In this document: piece by piece, positions 39,277 through 51,450 of the stretch | Layout of the letters: every line of letters begins with the position of its first letter | Position numbering within the stretch: position 1 is the stretch's first letter | Source: Hypanus sabinus | Lineage: Eukaryota | Length of the DNA stretch: 61,238 bases | NCBI RefSeq assembly: GCF_030144855.1 | Contig: NW_026781447.1 | Coordinates: 248,001 to 309,238 of the forward strand | Reading direction: 5' to 3' | Position numbers and translations under genes: made by a program | The notes under the pieces: model-generated | Told to the model about the DNA's origin: nothing | What the model saw: the letters and a program-made list of their open reading frames with translations, nothing else | The model's database searches: none

Positions 39277-39623
39277 GACACCAGAAAGCGATTACTGTGA
39301 TCAGTCACTGTCAGACTGCACATCTCCCTCGGGCACCGATACCTCCGGCGCCTCTCTGACACAGGCCGCACCAGGTCCTGCTCCTTCAGATTCTCTGTCA
39401 ACGGCTACACGCTTATGGGGTAGACCTGATTTTCCGGAAATATTAGTCCCGCAGGGTCTTCTGTACCGAAAACGAAAAAAAGTTTTAAAAGGACAATATG
39501 GAGGCGTTCTGCCGCCCATCCACTTCAAGCTTCGACATTCGTGCAGATCTTCTGAGCTCTACTCTTGAAATGTTTGGTTGCTTGAGTATCCACAGGGGGA
39601 GCTGACTCAGGAAGGCAAAGACC
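39277..39623 (+). pseudogene. Decayed V relic with remnant RSS
   Basis: Donor AG|GTACCG at 39189/90 and acceptor ttttcctacag| at 39276. One frame gives ...L*HRPHQ (W to stop) ...AFCRPSTSSFDIRADLL...FGCLSI, followed directly by CACAGGG (39591-97) and GCAAAGACC (39615-23, 17-bp spacer). Confidence 0.55.
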
Positions 39624-40559
39624 ACCATCAAGGAACCCCCCCCCCCCACCAGCACCACCATCCGGTCTGTGCCTTCTCCCCGCACCTCCCACCGGGCAGG
39701 AGGAAGAGAAGCTGAAGTCCCTACACCACATCGTTCAGGGGCAGCGACTTCCCTTCAACCATCCGGTTCCTGAACCGGCCGGCCCAGCCCGGATCGATCC
39801 CTCAGTACAGCGAAACTGTGACCACTTGGCAAAAAGGTGGACTGTTTACGATGCCTCCTGTACCAGAAAAGTGGCCACTGCCTGTCTGGCCCTTTTCTTC
39901 TGCCGCCCGAGCCCATCCACTTCCTTAAAACAACCAGCGTAATGAAAGATCCCAGACACCACTCAAGAAGAATCACTCCCGTTTGATTTCCGACTCTCCA
40001 ACAGGCCGTTTGTACGAGAGGAGGCTGCAATAATGTGGACTCTCCGCATCACAACCTACCCAATTATGGTCCGTACGGTCCGGTTTCTCTGTTTAACTCC
40101 ATACTCGTGGCACCACAAGCTACCCTGAGATTAAATTCCGGGCATTTACAGCAGATGCGTTAAAGTAAATAGAGCCAATGAAAAAAATGGACAAACAATT
40201 TCCCAATGAAAGCAAACTGTGGAAAGGCACAATAAGCAAACAACGGTAAATATTTACGTAATATCATTGAGATCAGAGTCTGTGAAAATTTTAAAGAGTT
40301 TCGATTTGTTTTCAGTCAGATGTTGAGCTGAGTGAAATTGTCAACACTGAGTCAAGAGCGGGAACTAGTTAGAATAACTTCACTCACCTCAGCACTGAAG
40401 GAAACGCGATGGCGGCTACACTCCGCCTTGCTCTGCGTTTCTGCCGAAAGCCGATTACTTTCTGGCACAGAATTGATTCCCCGATCACGGAATCGTAAGT
40501 AAGTAACTAGCAGCTCTAATCTGTTAATGCATTTACTTGGGGTCACTTACGGAGTATTT

Positions 40560-41060
40560 GGAACCTAATTCCCTTGGTTATTCCTGGGATGTCCGGACTG
40601 TCTTACGCAGAGAGGTCAGAGAGACTGGGATTGTACAAGCTGGAATTAAGGAGATTGAGAGGGGATCTGATTGCAACTTATAAGATTATTAAGGGATTGG
40701 ACAAGATACAGGCAGAAAATATGTTCCAGATGCTGGAAGAGTCCAGTACCAGAGGGCATGGTTTGAGAATAAGGGGTAGGTCATTTGGGATAGAGTTAAG
40801 AAAAAACTTCTTCCCCCACAGAATTCTGGGAGTGCGGAATGCACTGCCTCATAAGGCAATGGAGGCTAATTTTCTGGATGCTTTCAAAAATAAGCTAGAT
40901 AGGTATCTTATGGATAGTGGAATCAAGGGATATGGGGACAAAGCCGGGACCGTGTATTTATCGTAGATGATCAGCCATGATCTCAGAATGGGGGTGTAGG
41001 CTCGAAGGGCCGAATGGTCTACTTCTACACCTATTGTCTATTGCCTATGGTCTATTGTTA
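40560..41060 (+). mobile_element. 5'-truncated CR1 LINE, 3' end with tail
   Basis: IPGMSGLSYAERSERLGLYKLELRRLRGDLIATYKIIKGLD...RNALP..AMEA..LDAFK..LDRYL, then atcagccatgatc...gggccgaatgg and a ctattg-repeat tail. Confidence 0.9.
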
Positions 41061-41860
41061 TTTCCTCCCAGCTTGGAATCATCCAAACTTGCCTGTAGCG
41101 CATGCGTGGAACTCGGGTCTCATCACAGCTTGTCAGCACTGTAAACCGCTCCAAAGTGGCAAATATACTTGCGGAAGTGACACGATTGCCACGGAGCCAA
41201 TGGGAGAATTGCTTTCTCAGGCCACGCAGATAGACTTCCCCGTGAGCTGAAACGGAACATCACTCGATTCCACACAGCGGAGGTATCCTCGCGCACTAAA
41301 TGATGCTGACGGCCAGGCTTTGCATTCCGTTGATCGCGGCGGTGATCCCGCGTAAGTTAAAATCGCAGGTCTGGGGTCAGGGGGTGTAAAATCACCTTTG
41401 TGGAACGGCGAGGTGCAGTATTGAACGTGGTTCTCTTTGGTAGATTTGCTCCCCAAGAGGCCAATGATTTGATTGATCCCTTTCAACGAATGGCAAAGTG
41501 TTTTATGACAGATAAGTATGTAACGCGCTTGTCAGAGTGACCCCCTTTGGGTCACTTCAGTTCTGCCACGAAGATCTGAGAGGATATCGGGGGTTTCTTG
41601 TAGGATGCGAGGGGAATTGAACTCGGAACAGATGTGTGCTTGTTAAACGGCATTTTACCCCGGTTCCTCACTGCGGTTCGATGAATCTGGTTGTGCCCGA
41701 GTTCGAGTACGTGTGCGTCAGCGCTTTCCTGCGTTTGGGTGTCTCATCTCAGAGCAGTTCGTTGTGTTGATCGCAGAGCGGCCGGTGTCTTTCGGGAGTA
41801 CAAGCCCCTTCTCCTCAGACATTGTGTTTGCGTGTCCGCGCTACAAGAAAGAGAAAGGAG

Positions 41861-41862
41861 GG

Positions 41863-41908
<46 letters not shown>
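41861..41908. repeat. (GA)n microsatellite; others at ~43737-43785 (GA)n and 49064-49140 (CT)n
   Basis: Directly visible. Confidence 0.9.
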
Positions 41909-41919
<11 letters not shown>

Positions 41920-42162
41920 GCGTGAGATAAATTGAGGTAGGCTATTCAGCCCATTGAGTCTGACCCACCATTCGGCCATGGTCATCGGGTGAGGATCGTA
42001 CATCACGCCTATTGCACATCGCACAACAGTGCGAATCTCCGGGTTAATCGGAGAGTGGCCATGGTCTGTTGATAACACCAAACTCTTCCATCTGTCTTGC
42101 TTCCGCGCCCTTTCATGATCAATTGAGAGAAATTGGAGTCTAATCTGATTTCTGTCCTACAT

Positions 42163-42456
42163 GGATTCTGACCGCCTACGTGGAGCAATCGCCTTCCTCC
42201 CTGTCAGTCGCAGAGGGAGAGCCGGCCACTCTCTCGTGTACGCTGCTGAATACGGGCTATCCAAGTATGTACTGGTACAGACAGCGATCCGGCCGGGCAA
42301 TTGATGTTCTCTTCCATTCTGCTGCGCAAGGTTTAGCTATGAACTACACTTCTGATTCCTGCGTGGCGACAAGACCCAGCGACAGGCTGTTTAAACTGGA
42401 ACTGAGGCGGGCATCGTCCTCCCACTCCGCCGCCTACTTCTGCACTTGTAGTAGCG
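42163..42456 (+). pseudogene. TRBV: TCR V exon of the second family; open frame but dead splice acceptor and no leader found
   Basis: GILTAYVEQSPSSLSVAEGEPATLSCTLLNTGYPSMYWYRQRSGRAIDVLF...RPSDRLFKLELRRASSSHSAAYFCTCSS. The acceptor position reads tacAT| (42161-62) where the paralog at 55879-80 has tacAG|. Confidence 0.85.
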
Positions 42457-42495
42457 CACAGAGCTTAAAGTAAAGGGTCACTCAGTGCAAAAACC
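42457..42495 (+). other. 23-RSS: CACAGAG / 23 / GCAAAAACC
   Basis: Read directly. Confidence 0.9.
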
Positions 42496-42928
42496 TTCCT
42501 GTTTATCACAGAGATGTTCAAAGTTCATGTTACACTACTAGGTGGCAGCACAGGATTGTGTTTGACAGCCACATATTCTGTCTCGAACCGACAACACTTG
42601 TCCAGCTTTCTCCTCCTACTCCAGAAACCCCCGATATCACAGATACAAGAATTCTACTTGATCTGGCAACTGCTCTACAGTTACCAGCAGGAAACACCAA
42701 AAAAATAAACGTCCACACAGCTCAGTCGATCTCGGAAGCATCCCCTGTCTGACATTGCCTTCTGTCAGAGGAGCGGAGTCGCCAGCCTCCAGTCGGGCAG
42801 AGGACTCAATGATCTGTATGTTCATACTAACAGTCGCAAGGGCTGCCTGTTCTCCCGCTGTTATTCAACTCTCGAGTTGCCCATTTTTACGGTACGATGG
42901 CTCATTGACGTGGTCCGCTGACGTCACG

Positions 42929-43329
42929 ATGTACCTCATTCTGGTACTGTGCACCTGTTCCGCTTTCTTTCTGTAGCTCTTAAACTTTATTGATGTTTCC
43001 TCTTCCACATCAGTGCACCGTGTACTGACTTTATATCTGTGAACAAGGTTGTGACTGCATCTTGTTAGAGGTGACAATAACAAGTCGGTGTCAATACCAG
43101 CAGCGATTCCCGCCATAGCTGCTGACTGACCCGCTGGAGTTTTCCTCCTACATTGCCGATGACACTAAATTGAGGGGTAAAACAAATTGTCACGGGTGAA
43201 CACGTGGAACCGCGAACCTCAACCCTACCTGAGATGATACGTAAGTTCCCTCCACTCACGATTGAAAGGACCCATGGCATTACCATCTGCTACTAGGGAC
43301 CGTCTGTAGAATGCAAGCAGACTAAAAGC
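42929..43329 (+). pseudogene. Highly decayed V relic
   Basis: A CRE (TGACGTCA, 42919-26) precedes leader-like MYLILVLCTCSAFF. Acceptor-like gttagag| at 43070; remnants LLHCR, WNREPQ and LTIERTHGITIC; nonamer-like ACTAAAAGC at 43321-29; CTCF-like motif ~55 bp downstream. Confidence 0.4.
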
Positions 43330-43736
43330 TGGATATCAATATGGCCTTCTTTGTCTGTATTCATATTCCGTCAATGCTCCCGAGTGTGCTGCAGGGGGCG
43401 CTGTTGGACCATGAACCACCTAATGTACAGTTCCGTCTGTCGGAAGAACAGCTGCATTTTGACGGGACTCTGGGATGTCGGGTCGTGAAAACTGTCCTAT
43501 CATCGGGCAGAGGCTTTCATTCGCAAGATTGCATGTGCTGATAGCTTTTCTGCACACACTGCAATTCAACCATTGTGCTGTCGAATAGGACGGCGTGGTG
43601 ATCAACGCTCAAACTCTATCACCCTATCCGTTGGAAATGATGCGGCAGTTCCCTCCACATCCTTGAACGCTTTATCTATTTCTATTGCAGTTAACAAGAA
43701 TTACGTCAACATGTAATGAGTAATTCAGGTAGGGGG

Positions 43737-43790
<54 letters not shown>

Positions 43791-45959
43791 GAGCGACAGC
43801 TAGCAAAGTGTGGAGTTGGACAGACAGTGAGACAGCCGAACGATAGAGAGATAGTTTGATCGATTGAGCGAATAGATACCTAGACGGTGAGGTAAAGGGA
43901 GAAAATGGCGGAAAATACCGAATAGCCGCCGCGGTAGGGAACTGGACCACTGTCGGTGCACCTGCCAGTACTGGAATAACATGCAAGAGAAAATAATTCA
44001 TGGTCAGGAGGTTGATAACGGTATAATATTCCGCATTTTATAGAACAAATCAGATGGAATCGTCTTTGTGTCCGTGATACTATGAGCTGATTCGACCTGC
44101 TCTAAGAAAATAATTCATCAAAATAAAACTCACAATGGTCCCAGAGAGTCAAGGATAAAGTGAGAAAGGCGAAGGACACGTAAGTCGGTTTATGCATTGC
44201 CCTTCTGAAACGCGGTTCGGTAACAAATGCGCCCTCTTCCCTTTTTCACCAAAACTCTTGTCGGTGGATTGTACCACTGGAAATGACGCCTGACCGTGCA
44301 TGACAATAGCCAATCGATCTTCTGCTTACGTCATCGAGGACTAATCATCTATTTTGCATGGGAAAATCATTTGCCAGGAGCCATATAGCAGGGCATCCAG
44401 AGGAATATCTTGGGCCACATTGCTCTCTACTGACCAGTTTTCCCACCGAAGCTTGTCACATTGGCCTGAGATTTGCGCATTTTTCTCACGAAATCTTTCC
44501 ATTCCGCATACACATCCCGATCTCATTATGGCGCTTGCAATTTTATATGCCCCCGCCCACGTGTTCTGCTACTTTTTGCAGAAGCAAAATGTTTTAAAGG
44601 GCCAATTAAACATCTTTACACCTCTCACCTTAAAGCCACATCCACTTCTTTCAAATTCAGAAGGAAAACACAGCTATTATCACACATTCTACGCCCCTCA
44701 TGATTTTATATGGTTTCTTCAAGGCATTCATTACCCTCCTTCACTACAGGAACTACAGACCCCAGCTGATCAATCGCTCGCTGTAATTCGAGAGTCCCAA
44801 GTACGCCGCAACCACCACTCCCCCACCAGTTGCTGTCAGCATGGTCAACCCCCGCCCAATTGAAGGTGAAACAACGAGTGTCAGGATGAAGAAGCCAATA
44901 AGTTGGCTAGAAGTTTATTTTTAACTTGTTTATCTTTAAATAGAAGAGAGTGTTTGGGAAAAATGCAGGTGTCGCACGCAGATTGCTGGATGACCACAGC
45001 AAGTCAGTCAGCATCTGTAGAAAGAGCAGACAGCGGACGTTTCCGGCCGACCCTTCTTCAGGACGGACACGGAAGGAGAGAGAGCGTGGATTGAAAAGTG
45101 AGGGTCGGGGTAACATGCAACCTGTGAGAAGACAGACGAAGCCAGGTGGGTGGGAAAGTTCAAGGGATAGAGAAGAAACCAGCTGATATGAGACGAGAGT
45201 GCACAATGGGAAAAGGCGGAGGAGGACGGAGCCCAGTAGAACCTCCCCCTCCCGTATCAACTCTCACACCTACTTCTCGCAACGCTATCTCCTCCGATAC
45301 CCACAAATCCGCATGCACGTCAGATGTGGCACCCACAGTCCCCAAAGTCTGTCAACTTCAGGGATCGTTGATCATGTTCCTCCAAAGTGCACCGTGTACC
45401 CCCCTTCACCGTGTGTGTGCAACTGTCTCTCCTGTCTCCGACGTTTAACAGGCCCGTTCCTACCTTTGTACTCCGAAATTCCTCTATCCCTCGACCCTCG
45501 GGATCGTGCAAAGTGTGCATTCTAATGTTGTACATGGGGTCCATCAGTCACTCGACATTTCCCACTATTCACGGTGTGTGTCCTACACCCGTACACCGAT
45601 GTCCCGCTGTCTCTTGTCGCTCCGCATCGTTGTGCTCTCTCTGTCGCTCCCCATTTCCCTCAGGTCACACCTTTATCAACCGAAGTCCATTTGTGTCGGC
45701 ACCGTCGCAGCATTCTGAGCCAACTACTGAGACAGCAAGCGGGAAATTAAACGAGGCGACCGAACATTCTTGAAGCGCTCAAGCGTTCGGATACTCGCGG
45801 ACAGTATGCGGGAAGAACATTAAAATGCAGTTAAAAGTTTGCATGTATAATCTTCATCTTTTGCGGTTTCCTGCATTTGATATTTCTCTTCTGCTTAAAA
45901 CCTTTCCATTTACCGGCACCCCCAGATCTTCAGTTATCGGTGAATTAGTCTATCAACAT

Positions 45960-46370
45960 ATCTCTGTTCGTCCAAAGCAGGCCGTCCACAGTCCCCAAGT
46001 TCAGGTTGTGTTCCCTACCGTGTACACTGATGTTCCTCTGCCCCTCGCCACTCCCCACCATTGACGGTGGGTGTCTTACTCTTGTACACCGAGTTCCCTC
46101 TGCCCCTCGACATTCCCCAAGATTCACGGTGGGTGTCTTACTCTTGTTCACCGAGGTCCCTCTGCCCCTGTACACTCCCCACCATTCACCTTATGTGCAC
46201 TACGCTTGAATACCGAGGTGACTCTGTCCCTCCACATTCCCCAACATTCACTGTGTCTGTGTCCCGCCCTCGTACACCAGATCCGTCAGTCCTTCGACGC
46301 TCCCCAACATTCACAGAATTTGCCCTACCCTTCTTCGACAGAGATCACTCTGTTCCTCAGCATTCCTAAA
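45960..46370. repeat. Degenerate ~62-bp tandem array downstream of the V RSS (weaker copies at 45380-45620)
   Basis: att[cg]ac motif recurs at 46060, 46122 and 46184. Confidence 0.8.
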
Positions 46371-46773
46371 CATTTACGGTGTTTTTATCGAAACCCAATG
46401 TCCCCGAGGTCCCCTCGTTCCCGACCCGTCCGATTTTCTTCGCATACTGTGTTTCCACTAATAGGAAAGTTGATCTTGGAGACAGAACAGTATTGGCGCA
46501 CTCAGAGTTTCGGATACTTTGAGTGTACTGAAAGGTCCCGGACCCATGATATGTGGGAGGACCCCACATAACAAAGACCAATGGAGTGCGGATTGTCTTC
46601 ACAAAGCTGACTGCCTCACGGGAGGGGAAAATTAAAAGCCACGGTGGGATGGCATCCCCCTTATTTCTGTGATGGGCCACTGCGCCTGCGAAGGATAGAC
46701 CCACCTCCGACACTATGATTGACAGGAGTCGTGTTTCCTGTTTAGTTGACGGCAGCGAAACTTCTGACGGCGA

Positions 46774-46812
46774 GGTTTTTGTACAGCTGCTCCGGCACTT
46801 TGAACCGCCGTG
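46774..46812 (-). other. 23-RSS: CACGGCG / 23 / ACAAAAACC
   Basis: Read directly. Confidence 0.9.
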
Positions 46813-47440
46813 AATACTCCAGGCACAGAAATACACGGCCGACGAATCTGCCTCGAGTTTGTCGGACTTCAGGAAGAACTCTTTGCTCTGCGGTCTCGCA
46901 GCCGTAAAACCGCCGACCAATTTCTCTGGTAGCACGGAATTAGCTGTGCTCGACTGAAACATGTACTCCGGACCGGTTCCAGGGAACTGTCGGTACCAGT
47001 ACAAGTAGTTAGTACCACTGGTACTACCCTCGAATGTGCACCGCAGGGTCACATTCCGGCCGGGTGATCCGGAGTAAGCCGGAGTCTGGTGAATCGTCAC
47101 TGAGTTCGCGCCTAGAAAAAGAGGCGGGGGAGGCAAAATGCGGTGATTGAACACTGGGAACTGGCTCATTTGGGAAGCTGAAAAGAGGGTGCATTGAGGG
47201 ACGGAAAGCGGATGACTGAAGTCAGGAAAACTCCAGAGGAAGTGGCAATTTGAAGACGGCGGCGAGGGCAGATAGTATGCGCGGACGCGAGGGCAAGTGA
47301 AGAAATAAGGAATGAATCCGAGACTACTGGAGAGCAAAGCAAGTGAAATGAATGTAAAATGAAGGCAAAAGCAGAAAAATAATACTTGGGGACTTTCACT
47401 CACAGCGGAAGGCGAGGATGAAGTGCAGAAACAGAAACAT
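46813..47440 (-). CDS. TRBV: Intact TRBV30-like V segment (leader 47440-47404, intron 292 bp, V exon 47111-46813)
   Basis: MFLFLHFILAFR|C-ANSVTIHQTPAYSGSPGRNVTLRCTFEGSTSGTNYLYWYRQFPGTGPEYMF...FTAARPQSKEFFLKSDKLEADSSAVYFCAWSI. Donor T|GTGAGT, acceptor ttctag, phase 1. Confidence 0.9.
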
Positions 47441-47531
47441 CTTCCTCGGCGGGTTTAACCTCTCAGTGATGAACGCGGTGCGTGCGGCAGAGATGAATCC
47501 ATTCACTCCGACCGCGTTTGCTACGTATCCC

Positions 47532-47541
47532 AGTGACGTAA
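47532..47541. promoter_or_regulatory. CRE-like V-beta promoter decamer AGTGACGTAA
   Basis: 9/10 match to AGTGAYRTCA, ~92 bp upstream of the ATG; same position in paralogs. Confidence 0.6.
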
Positions 47542-47989
47542 TGTAGTTTTGCGCAAGTTGCATTCAGCCACGCCTCTTCTTTGAACATCCACCGATTCGA
47601 AAGATAAGCGTCCCTCAGGTGCAGCTGAGGAAGTGCCCACAGTCATGGGTAACGGGGCAAATCGGTGAGAAGTCTCAATCTAGTTTGCCTCACTGGGATG
47701 TTACGATCAACACCGTCAGGTACCGGCTGTGAAGTTCCTGGCACGGAAGAATTTCACTCATTTGAACGTTAAGGGATGAACGAACGGGAAATGCCTGCGC
47801 CATCTACTCCAACGAATAACAACACCATGCCGTCTGAGTGAAAGACTCTTCCTTCATGAAGGTCGGCTCACCGATTATCTTGCTGCAGACAGGCTTCTGT
47901 TGATGTGAAAAATTGCATTCCTGAGAGCTGAATCAACCGAGCGTGGGTTAAGCTGTTCATCCCAGGTCCCCGGGTTCCCCAGGTCACCA

Positions 47990-48350
47990 TTCACTGAGTG
48001 TGTCATACCCCTGTACACCGGGGTCCCTCGGTCCCTCAACACTTCCCACCATGCACTCTGAGTCCTACCCTTGTACACCGAGTTCCCGGTGTTCATCATC
48101 ACTTCACACCATTCACTGTGTATGTCCTGCCATTCTACACCGAACTCCCACTGTTCCTCATCATTTCATACCATTCACTGTGTATGTTCTATCCTTGTTC
48201 ACCGCAGGCCCGCTGTTTGTCTTCGTTGTGCACCATTCCCGGTGCGTGTCCTGCACTTCAACACCGAACTCCCACTGTCCCTGATCATTTCACACCCTTC
48301 TCAGTGTGCGTCCTTCCGTTATACACCCAGTTCCCTCTGTTTCTCAACAC
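47990..48350. repeat. Degenerate ~62-bp tandem array
   Basis: attcactgtg recurs at 48111 and 48173. Confidence 0.8.
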
Positions 48351-48651
48351 ACCACGTGTGCTAGCATTTTGTCTTTCGACCAAGGGATGTCATGGATTAA
48401 ATGCGGAGAATTTATTGGATGGCGGATTGAGATGGAGGTCGTTCTTGTATCGTCTGATCGTCGGAGGGAAGCTTTTACCTGAGCCATAAAGATGAACGGG
48501 TCAAAGATGAGGGTAGTATCTGTCTCGTCTGATCATCGTAGTCTGTCTCTCTGTGTAGAATCGTTTCAGCCATTTTAATGCCTGACAAGGAAAATACATG
48601 ACAAGCGCAGGTGCTATATCGTCGCCCCTTATTTCTGTCAGTGGCTGCAAC

Positions 48652-48670
48652 GCAGCGCCACCTGTCGGAC
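48652..48670 (-). promoter_or_regulatory. CTCF-like motif GTCCGACAGGTGGCGCTGC, 38 bp beyond the RSS nonamer
   Basis: Close match to CCASYAGRKGGCRS; identical copy at 52705-52723. Confidence 0.55.
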
Positions 48671-48708
48671 AGGCTCACACGCACGCTCAGATTGACATAA
48701 GCCGGTGA

Positions 48709-48747
48709 GGTTTTTGTTCAGCTCCTCCGTCTGACCCAGTCGCTGTG
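48709..48747 (-). other. 23-RSS: CACAGCG / 23 / ACAAAAACC
   Basis: Read directly. Confidence 0.9.
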
Positions 48748-49002
48748 ATCACGCCAGGCACAGAAGTACACGGCTGACGAATTCGCCTCCAAGCCGAAAG
48801 AGCTCAGCCTGAAGTCGTAGCTGCTCGGCCTCTCTGCGGTAAAGCCGTACAGCGACCCCTTTGGTTCCACGATGCCGGCATATGTAGAGTAGAACAAGTT
48901 CTCGAGCCCCTGTCCCGGGTATTGTCTGTACCAGAACATCGTATCAGTCGTATTGCTACTCCCCTCGACAGTACAGTTCAGCGTCACAGCCCGGCTTGTA
49001 GG
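48748..49002 (-). pseudogene. TRBV: 5'-truncated TRBV30-like V (no leader, intron or start of FR1)
   Basis: VTLNCTVEGSSNTTDTMFWYRQYPGQGLENLFYS...SSAVYFCAWRD. Similarity to the paralog at 52802-53100 stops at ~48995-49002. Confidence 0.9.
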
Positions 49003-49062
49003 TGAAGATAGACAAGTGGTGATTGCCTCGGCCCATTCTCATCTTCCTTATCTTACTTTGTT

Positions 49063-49148
<86 letters not shown>

Positions 49149-49722
49149 GCTGTCTCTCTCCTCCTCCCCCCCTTCCTTTGCTGGCCATGGTAGATTTAAA
49201 TATGTAAGAAAACGTTGAGATCGAATGGGATATGGACAGTGCCTGCAGTGTCATGTGCTTGGAATTGGGCGAAGAAATCATCGATCAACGGAGATCCCCT
49301 ATTCCGATGTTATCAATTGGAAAAAGTGGTCTGAATGATTATTGGTACTGAAGGAGCAGAATGCAGTTTCGAGGCTATTGGCCCGTGGCTCTCACACTTC
49401 ATATTTCTCTCTTTCAATCTCACCCTCTCTCCTTCTCTCTTTTCCGCTCTCTCTCTCTCTCTTCTTTCTTTCTCTCTCTCTCTCCCTCCCTCTCTCTCTC
49501 CCTCTCTCTCTCTGCCTTTCTCTCTCTCCCGCTTCCTTCCGAAACTTCCTGCTGATTCTCTCATTGCTCATAACTTTCTCATCGGCCCATCTCATTATTT
49601 ATTTATCTTGATATGTGTCTGTGTAAACAGATCTCTTTTGGCAAATTATGATCGATGATTTACTATATTTGTCCCATCTACATGGAACGTCAACAACAAA
49701 CACGGTTCTGTCTGTATAGATA

Positions 49723-50046
49723 NNNNNNNNNNNNNNNNNNNNNNNNNNNNNNNNNNNNNNNNNNNNNNNNNNNNNNNNNNNNNNNNNNNNNNNNNNNNNN
49801 NNNNNNNNNNNNNNNNNNNNNNNNNNNNNNNNNNNNNNNNNNNNNNNNNNNNNNNNNNNNNNNNNNNNNNNNNNNNNNNNNNNNNNNNNNNNNNNNNNNN
49901 NNNNNNNNNNNNNNNNNNNNNNNNNNNNNNNNNNNNNNNNNNNNNNNNNNNNNNNNNNNNNNNNNNNNNNNNNNNNNNNNNNNNNNNNNNNNNNNNNNNN
50001 NNNNNNNNNNNNNNNNNNNNNNNNNNNNNNNNNNNNNNNNNNNNNN
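49723..50046. other. Assembly gap (N); others at 54663-54889, 56255-56454 and 59159-59694
   Basis: Runs of N. Confidence 1.
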
Positions 50047-50509
50047 GCAAGATCGATCAGCAGACAGTTAGGCTGTTAGATAGATAGGTAGATGTACAGT
50101 TACATAGGTAAACAGATAATCCAACATGACTGAATATAAAGGTTTAATCATAGAACTCCATTCATGTTCTTGGACTGCTCGTCAGTAACAATCGCCAGCT
50201 CTGTAAAAGCTACAATGGATGAAGTCCAGTTTTTCAGGTGTTTCCATCCCACGTATCCCCTATGTCATTACAAACTGCTCAAAGATCAATCATGTGTTTG
50301 GAAATGGGTTTCTTTCGGCACATAAGACCACGACACATCTGAGTAGAATGTGGCATTGTGCGTGAGTCGCGTTTGCATGTTTTTTGCAGGTTTTGCAGGT
50401 TTCCTGCATCTGACGATTCTTTTCGGTTTATAACTCCTCGATCTACCGATACTGCCAGATCTTCAGTTATCGGTGAAAATGTCCACCAAAATCGATCTGT
50501 TCCTCCAAA

Positions 50510-51030
50510 TTGTGCCGTGTTCCATCCTTCACGGTGTGTGCCCTACCTTCGTTATCCTTTCTGTCCCCGTCTCTCAACAATCCCCATTACCCCGCCCTCT
50601 TCTCTCTTTCTACACCGAAAACCCACTGTCCCTCCACAGTCCCCACCTTTCACGTTGTCTGTACTACCCTGTAGACTGATGTCCGTCTCCCCCTCGACAC
50701 TTCCCACCTTTCACGTTGTGTGTCCTATCCTGTACGGTGATGTCCCTCTCCCCCCCCCGACACTTCCCACCTTTCACGTTGTGTGTCCTACCCTGTATGC
50801 TGATGTCCCTCTCACCCTCGACACTTCCCACCGTTCAAGGTATGAGTCCTACGCTTGAATACCGAGGCCCCTTTGTCCATTGCCACTCCCCACCAGTCAC
50901 AGTGTGTCCAGTCCTCGTACATCAAAGTCCGCCTGTCCCTCGACGATCCCTACCATTCACATATTGTGCCCTACTCTTTTTTACCGAAACCCCTCTGTTC
51001 CTCTATATTCGCAAGCATTTCGGTATTTTT
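50510..51030. repeat. Degenerate ~62-bp tandem array
   Basis: cacgttg recurs at 50651, 50712 and 50775. Confidence 0.8.
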
Positions 51031-51411
51031 ATCCAAACCTAATGCCCCGCGATTCTTCTGTTCTCGAATCGTCCAGTATTCCTCGTATTCTGTGTTTACA
51101 CTGATGGGTAAACTGAACTCAGAGAGTCAACATTATAGGCGAACTCAAAGTTTCCGATCCTCCCAGGCCGAAGATGTGTGGGGGGCCGCAAATCACAGGG
51201 AAGAATGGAGTGGAGTGGTGAGTGTGCGGATTGTCAGCTGAATGCTTCAGGAGAGGAGGAAATTCAAAGTTGCGGTACAGTGGCATCGCCCATAACCTCA
51301 CTGATTGGACACGCGGCGCACACGACTGTACGACAGACCCACCTCCCACACTATGATTGACAGGAGACGTGTTTCCTGTTTTGCTGACATCAGCGACCCT
51401 TCTGACGGCGA

Positions 51412-51450
51412 GGTTTTTGTACAGCTGCCCCGTCAGTCTGCGCCGCCGTG
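51412..51450 (-). other. 23-RSS: CACGGCG / 23 / ACAAAAACC
   Basis: Read directly. Confidence 0.9.

Noticed and set aside
41215-41490. 89-aa minus-strand ORF with two Cys about 63 aa apart (Ig-like spacing)
   Set aside because: No conserved Trp/WYRQ motif, no RSS and no leader. At best a very decayed relic; it needs an HMM search.
46366-47403. 345-aa ORF
   Set aside because: Chance read-through of intron, V exon, RSS and flank; the real structure is leader-intron-V.
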